From Chloroflexota bacterium (GTDB lineage Bacteria; Chloroflexota; UBA11872; VXOZ01): 64,000 bases of DNA. The translations under genes and the position numbers were made by a program. Below the pieces are notes generated by a model. The model had not been told where the DNA came from. It saw nothing but the letters and a program-made list of their open reading frames with translations, and ran no database searches. The stretch is taken from positions 1,024,001-1,088,000 of the forward strand of contig OZ244922.1 of assembly GCA_965221905.1 (NCBI GenBank). Reading direction: 5' to 3'. Positions 59,639 through 64,000 of the stretch are shown here, piece by piece. How positions within the stretch are numbered: position 1 is the stretch's first letter; every line of letters begins with the position of its first letter.

Positions 59639-60364
59639 TCAAGCGGGCGTGACTTGGAGAAAATCGGCTAGCATCTCGCGCGCGTTTTCTCTAATTGGCG
59701 GGAAGTGACTAAAGCAAATGGTGGTAAAGTCCACGTCGAGGAGTTTGGCGAGCGATGCTCGGGCCAATTCAGGGTCTCGTGTAAAGAGCCATGAGGATGC
59801 CTGCATCTTGCGAAACCGGAACTGCAGCGCATCGCCGACGATGAGAACTTTCGACGATTCAACAAACAGGCAGATGCTTCCCGGGGTGTGGCCGGGCGTG
59901 TGGATGACGCGGACCTGCTTGACTGACGGCAAATAGTCGCCGTCTTCCAGAGGATATTGCACCTCTACCGGAGGACTATTGATAAAAGAGACCGCAGAAG
60001 GCACTTGTGGGAATGCTAGGCGTCGTAGAAAGCTTGGCGCAGGTTCGTCGCCGCAAATAATTCCGACTTCGGTTCGGTGGATCGCCACTGGCGCGCCTGT
60101 CGCCTCAGCTAGCTCCGCCAGCCCGCCGGCATGATCGGGGTGACTGTGAGTCAATGCAATGAGCCGTACCTGCTCCAGCGCGATGCCGAGCGCTCTCAAA
60201 CCCGCTTTGACAGGTTGCAGGCTTCCCCGACTGCCTACGTCAACCAGTACAACTCCGTCATCCGCTTGCAGTACGGAAACACGCGCTCCCAGCGAGCGCA
60301 CTTGATGCATGCCGGGGGCGATTGCGAAAGGTCCTAATATTGGGATGTCCCGCACCACTTGCAT
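59639..60364 (-). CDS. MBL-fold metallo-hydrolase
   Basis: THSHPDHAG, TPGHTPG and VGDA motifs; start uncertain. Confidence 0.88.
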   Translation of the reverse strand: MQVVRDIPILGPFAIAPGMHQVRSLGARVSVLQADDGVVLVDVGSRGSLQPVKAGLRALGIALEQVRLIALTHSHPDHAGGLAELAEATGAPVAIHRTEVGIICGDEPAPSFLRRLAFPQVPSAVSFINSPPVEVQYPLEDGDYLPSVKQVRVIHTPGHTPGSICLFVESSKVLIVGDALQFRFRKMQASSWLFTRDPELARASLAKLLDVDFTTICFSHFPPIRENAREMLADFLQVTPA

Positions 60365-60553
60365 GCACTCCAATAGCGTTTTGGCACATACGCACTCCAA
60401 GGTCGGGCACCACGTGACGCCTAGAAGTCGTAACAGGTTATTCTAACTTCACGGTACCATAGTGCGGTCGAGTTTTCAGAAACCGAAGCACTGCGTATAA
60501 TACGCCGTAGAATACGCATAATCTCTACCCTATAAAGACTCAAGGAGAGCGGC

Positions 60554-63031
60554 ATGCAGACGCTGAACGATCTCTTGGAGACTGCGGCAAGTCGTTTCGG
60601 AGATTCGCCTGCCTTACTCATCAAGCCGGGCATCCGCATCCGCTGCTGGGAGTACCGCGAGCTATGGGAAGCTTCCGGTCGAGTCGCAGCATTCTTACAG
60701 CGTCAGGGCATAGCTAAGGGCGATCGAGTGGTCATCTGGGCGCCGAACCGTCCGGAATGGGTAGTGGCGCTCTTTGGCTGCCTGCGGCTCGGTGCGATTG
60801 CAGTGCCGTTCGATATTCGCAGCGCGCCGGAATTTGTCGCCGCGGTGCTTGGGCAGACGGAGCCTAAGTTTGCCTTCGTCTCTCAATTTACGCCGGAGAA
60901 TGCAGAAATCGAAGCCTTGCCGCACCTGAACATTGAAGACCTGGAAGACACGCTGGAGGGCGACAATGCCGAGCCTCCTCGTGTCGAAGTGGCGGCGGAC
61001 GACATCGCCGAAATCATGTTCACGTCCGGTACGACGGGTGCGCCCAAGGGGGTGATTCTGACTCACGGCAACATCATTTCCAACGTGGTTGCCGGTTGCC
61101 GGGAAGTAATGCCGCAACCGAGCTGGCGGTTGCTCTCGCTCTTGCCGCTGAGCCACATGTTGGAGCAGACGGTCGGCCACTTTGCCGTGTTCTTTGGAGG
61201 CGGCCGGGTGATCTACCCTGTCAGCCGTCAACCGAGTATCCTGGTGCGGACGATGCAGGAAAACGGCATTACGAGTATCGTGCTCGTGCCGCAGGCGCTG
61301 GAACTCTTCATGAACGCCATCGAGCGGCAGGCGGAACTCACCGGGAAGAAGGAGCAACTGGCGAAAATTCTCCGCATTGCGCCCCGCCTCCCAGTATGGG
61401 CGCGGCGGAAGCTCTTCGGTCAGGTGCACCGTCGCTTCGGGGGCAAGCTGCAGTTTGTCATGTGCGGCGGCGCCCGCCTAGAACCTGCCTTGGCAGAGAA
61501 GTGGGAGGCGCTGGGCGTTATGGTGCTCCAGGGCTACGGCACGACTGAAGCGGCGCCGATCATAGCCTGCAACAGCTTTCAATACAAGAAGCTGGACGCG
61601 CTGGGCAAGGTGCTGCCGGGCCAAGAGGTACGGATCGCGCCGGATGGAGAAATCCATACGCGCGGGCCCAACGTCACGCCGGGCTACTGGAACCAGCCGG
61701 AGATTACACAGGCTTCCTTTGAGGACGAGTGGTACAAGACCGGCGACCTGGGTTATATCGACGAAGATGGATTCCTCTACTTCAAGGGCCGCAAGAAAGA
61801 CTTGATCGTGCTGGCCAACGGTCAGAACGTCTACCCGGAAGACATAGAACCGCTCTTGCAGAACCTTGAGGCCGTGGAGGACGCGGTTGTCGTCGGCATG
61901 CCGAGTCCGAACGGCGGCGAGGACGTGCATGCTGTGTTGATCATAAGCGACGGCTCCGATGGCGGCCCGGTGATAGCGGCAGTCAACTCAAAATTGGCCG
62001 CCCATCAGCAGATCAGGGGTTTCAGCATCTGGCCGGACGAGGAGTTCCCCCGTACACACACGCTCAAAGTAAAGAAGAACCTGGTGCTGGAGCGTCTTAT
62101 CGCCGATGCGCAAGGGCAAACGAATACCGTCGCAGCACTGGCAGAAACTCCCATGGAAGCGCTGACTCCATTGGAACAGTTGATCGTACGCATTAGCGAT
62201 AATTCAAGTGCAGGAATTAGTGCTGAGAGCGTTCTCGGCGCCGACATCGGCCTGGATTCTCTCGGCAGGGTGGAACTGCTCTCTGCCATCGAACAGGAGC
62301 TTGGCGTTTACATCGACGAGACCCAGGTGCATCCGGAGACGACCGTTGGAGATTTGGAAGCATTGCTGGCGCAGGGCAGCGCGAGTGAGAATGAGCGGTT
62401 TCCAAGCTGGAGCAGAGCGGCGTGGTGCCGGGCAGCGCGCTCTGCGCTGCACTATGCGATCGTCAAACCCGGCATTGCGCTGCTCTATCAAGTGCAGGTC
62501 GACGGCAGAGAAAACTTGGACGGTCTGTCGGGGCCGGTGCTCTATGCTGCAAACCACAATCTGCAGGCGGATGCCGGCATGATTCTGGTAGCTCTCCCGG
62601 CGTCAATGCGCTGGCGGCTTGGAATTGCTGCGGCCGCCGACAACTACTTTACAACGGTTTGGTGGCGAGTCTTTAGCCCGCTGTTGGGGAATACGTTTCC
62701 CTTCGCGCGCCAAGGCCCGGTGCGGCGCAGCCTAGAGAACTTAGGTAATTTACTGGACGACCAGTGGTCGGTTCTCATCTATCCGGAGGGCGATCGGAAA
62801 GACGGGGAGATCAAGGCATTTAAGCCCGGTACCGGCTTCGTTGCCATGGAGTCGCAGACGCCAGTCGTGCCAATTCGAGTCAAGCTCATAAAGCAGGGCA
62901 TATTCGAGGGCGCAACATTCCCGACACGCGGCAAAGTGGCAGTGCAGATCGGCCGGCCGATTGTCTTCGCGCGCGGCACCGACTATCTGGAAGCAACGGA
63001 GACGCTGGAACAGGCAGTGCGAGCGCTTTAG
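60554..63031 (+). CDS. long-chain acyl-CoA synthetase-ACP-PlsC acyltransferase fusion
   Basis: FTSGTTGAPKG, GYGTTE and KTGDLG; LDSLGRVEL (phosphopantetheine Ser); ANHNLQAD and IYPEG. Confidence 0.92.
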   Translation: MQTLNDLLETAASRFGDSPALLIKPGIRIRCWEYRELWEASGRVAAFLQRQGIAKGDRVVIWAPNRPEWVVALFGCLRLGAIAVPFDIRSAPEFVAAVLGQTEPKFAFVSQFTPENAEIEALPHLNIEDLEDTLEGDNAEPPRVEVAADDIAEIMFTSGTTGAPKGVILTHGNIISNVVAGCREVMPQPSWRLLSLLPLSHMLEQTVGHFAVFFGGGRVIYPVSRQPSILVRTMQENGITSIVLVPQALELFMNAIERQAELTGKKEQLAKILRIAPRLPVWARRKLFGQVHRRFGGKLQFVMCGGARLEPALAEKWEALGVMVLQGYGTTEAAPIIACNSFQYKKLDALGKVLPGQEVRIAPDGEIHTRGPNVTPGYWNQPEITQASFEDEWYKTGDLGYIDEDGFLYFKGRKKDLIVLANGQNVYPEDIEPLLQNLEAVEDAVVVGMPSPNGGEDVHAVLIISDGSDGGPVIAAVNSKLAAHQQIRGFSIWPDEEFPRTHTLKVKKNLVLERLIADAQGQTNTVAALAETPMEALTPLEQLIVRISDNSSAGISAESVLGADIGLDSLGRVELLSAIEQELGVYIDETQVHPETTVGDLEALLAQGSASENERFPSWSRAAWCRAARSALHYAIVKPGIALLYQVQVDGRENLDGLSGPVLYAANHNLQADAGMILVALPASMRWRLGIAAAADNYFTTVWWRVFSPLLGNTFPFARQGPVRRSLENLGNLLDDQWSVLIYPEGDRKDGEIKAFKPGTGFVAMESQTPVVPIRVKLIKQGIFEGATFPTRGKVAVQIGRPIVFARGTDYLEATETLEQAVRAL

Positions 63032-63126
63032 CCGTAATCTGCCTTGAATAACGTTCAAGCGCCCGCACTCCGGTCCACGAATTGCGGGCGGGCTGGGTGC
63101 ATTGGAAGAGGATGGGTAAGCTCAAA

Positions 63127-63189
63127 CATCCGTACGTACTTCGACCCTTCGTCGAGCTCAGTACAGGCAGGCTCAGCACGAACGGATGT
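63127..63189. repeat. nested REP (partial core inserted within a core)
   Basis: CTTCGAC[CCTTCGTCGAGCTCAGTACAGGC]AGGCTCAGCACGAACGG; another single copy at about 63323-63355. Confidence 0.75.
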
Positions 63190-63365
63190 GTCTCTCAAGT
63201 CCAGCCACCCTTGGTGGGGGCACTTGGGGCGCACCAATCAAGGTCTCGGCATCATGGCCGTGGATGACAGTTACGGATTCAGCGGCTTGGTTTCCAGCGA
63301 CGCGCTTGAACGCCACAGGCAACCGTTCATACTTCGACAGGCTCAGCACGAACGGTTGCTGTTCC

Positions 63366-64000
63366 CTACGGAAACAGCGGCTTGGCTTCAAGTCCCATCG
63401 TTTCCGGCAGACCGAGCATGGCGTTGGCGTTCTGCAGCGCCTGGCCGGACGCGCCCTTGACCAAGTTATCAATGGCGGTGGTGACGATGAGATGCCCCGT
63501 GCGCTCGTGCACGACCGGATGGATGAGGCAGTGGTTGCTGCCGTAGGTCCACTTGGTCTTGGGTGAGACTGGGAGTACCTGCACAAACGGCTCGCCGGCG
63601 TAGCGCGCTTGGTAGAGTTCGTCCACGGCTTGCTGGGCAATGGGGCGAACGAGCGTCGCGTAGCAGGTGGCCAGGATGCCGCGGGTCATGGGAATGAGGT
63701 GGGGAACGAACGTTACCTGCACGTCAGCTTCCGCTACCGCGCTTAGTTCCTGCGCTATTTCCGGCATGTGGCGGTGGCCCTGCAGGGCATAGGCCTCAAC
63801 ACTCTCGTTGACTTCCGAATAGTGATTCGTGAGTGTTAGGCTCCGTCCGCCGCCCGAAACGCCCGACTTGGCGTCCACGATTACGGCAGGTGGGATTAGA
63901 CCCTCAGCCAAGGCCGGCGCGAGCCCCAAGATTGCTCCGGTAGGGTAGCAGCCGGGGTTTGCCACGATTTTGGCCTGCCGTACTTCATCCCGATGCAACT
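63366..64000 (-). CDS. argC: N-acetyl-gamma-glutamyl-phosphate reductase (5' part outside the window)
   Basis: ANPGCYPT, KSGVSGGG, HRHMPEI and IDNLVKGASGQALQN motifs. Confidence 0.96.
   Translation of the reverse strand, partial: LHRDEVRQAKIVANPGCYPTGAILGLAPALAEGLIPPAVIVDAKSGVSGGGRSLTLTNHYSEVNESVEAYALQGHRHMPEIAQELSAVAEADVQVTFVPHLIPMTRGILATCYATLVRPIAQQAVDELYQARYAGEPFVQVLPVSPKTKWTYGSNHCLIHPVVHERTGHLIVTTAIDNLVKGASGQALQNANAMLGLPETMGLEAKPLFP

Overview
GC-rich (roughly 60%) bacterial chromosome segment, most consistent with a Chloroflexota genome (inferred from the cell-surface proteins, the expanded enolase-superfamily genes and the intergenic palindrome types). It is mostly housekeeping and catabolic genes: lysA, leuCD, ilvE, panBC plus a DUF2520 gene, argJ, partial argC, fabG, PduO-type adenosyltransferase, class I aldolase, three mandelate racemase-family enzymes and an acyl-CoA synthetase-ACP-acyltransferase fusion. 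Between these sit small lower-GC accessory inserts and many REP-like palindromes and arrays. I found no rRNA, tRNA, CRISPR array, transposase or integrase. The best leads are: (1) a translationally coupled ABC-ATPase plus stand-alone TOPRIM-like gene pair that resembles PARIS/OLD-type defence modules; (2) two small divergent genes whose start codons overlap in one CCATGG palindrome; (3) an intact 985-aa SF1 helicase-PLD fusion in which nearly every catalytic motif is substituted; (4) a Pro/Thr-rich surface protein followed, past a perfect 30-bp palindrome, by a second copy of its C-terminal domain with no standard start codon; (5) a GNAT fused to an excisionase-type HTH; (6) mosaic and nested REP arrays. 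Caveat: at least five genes, including argJ, are broken or locally scrambled by apparent single-base deletions. This may be assembly error, so frameshift-based claims need checking against reads. Family names are from recalled motifs; no database search was run.
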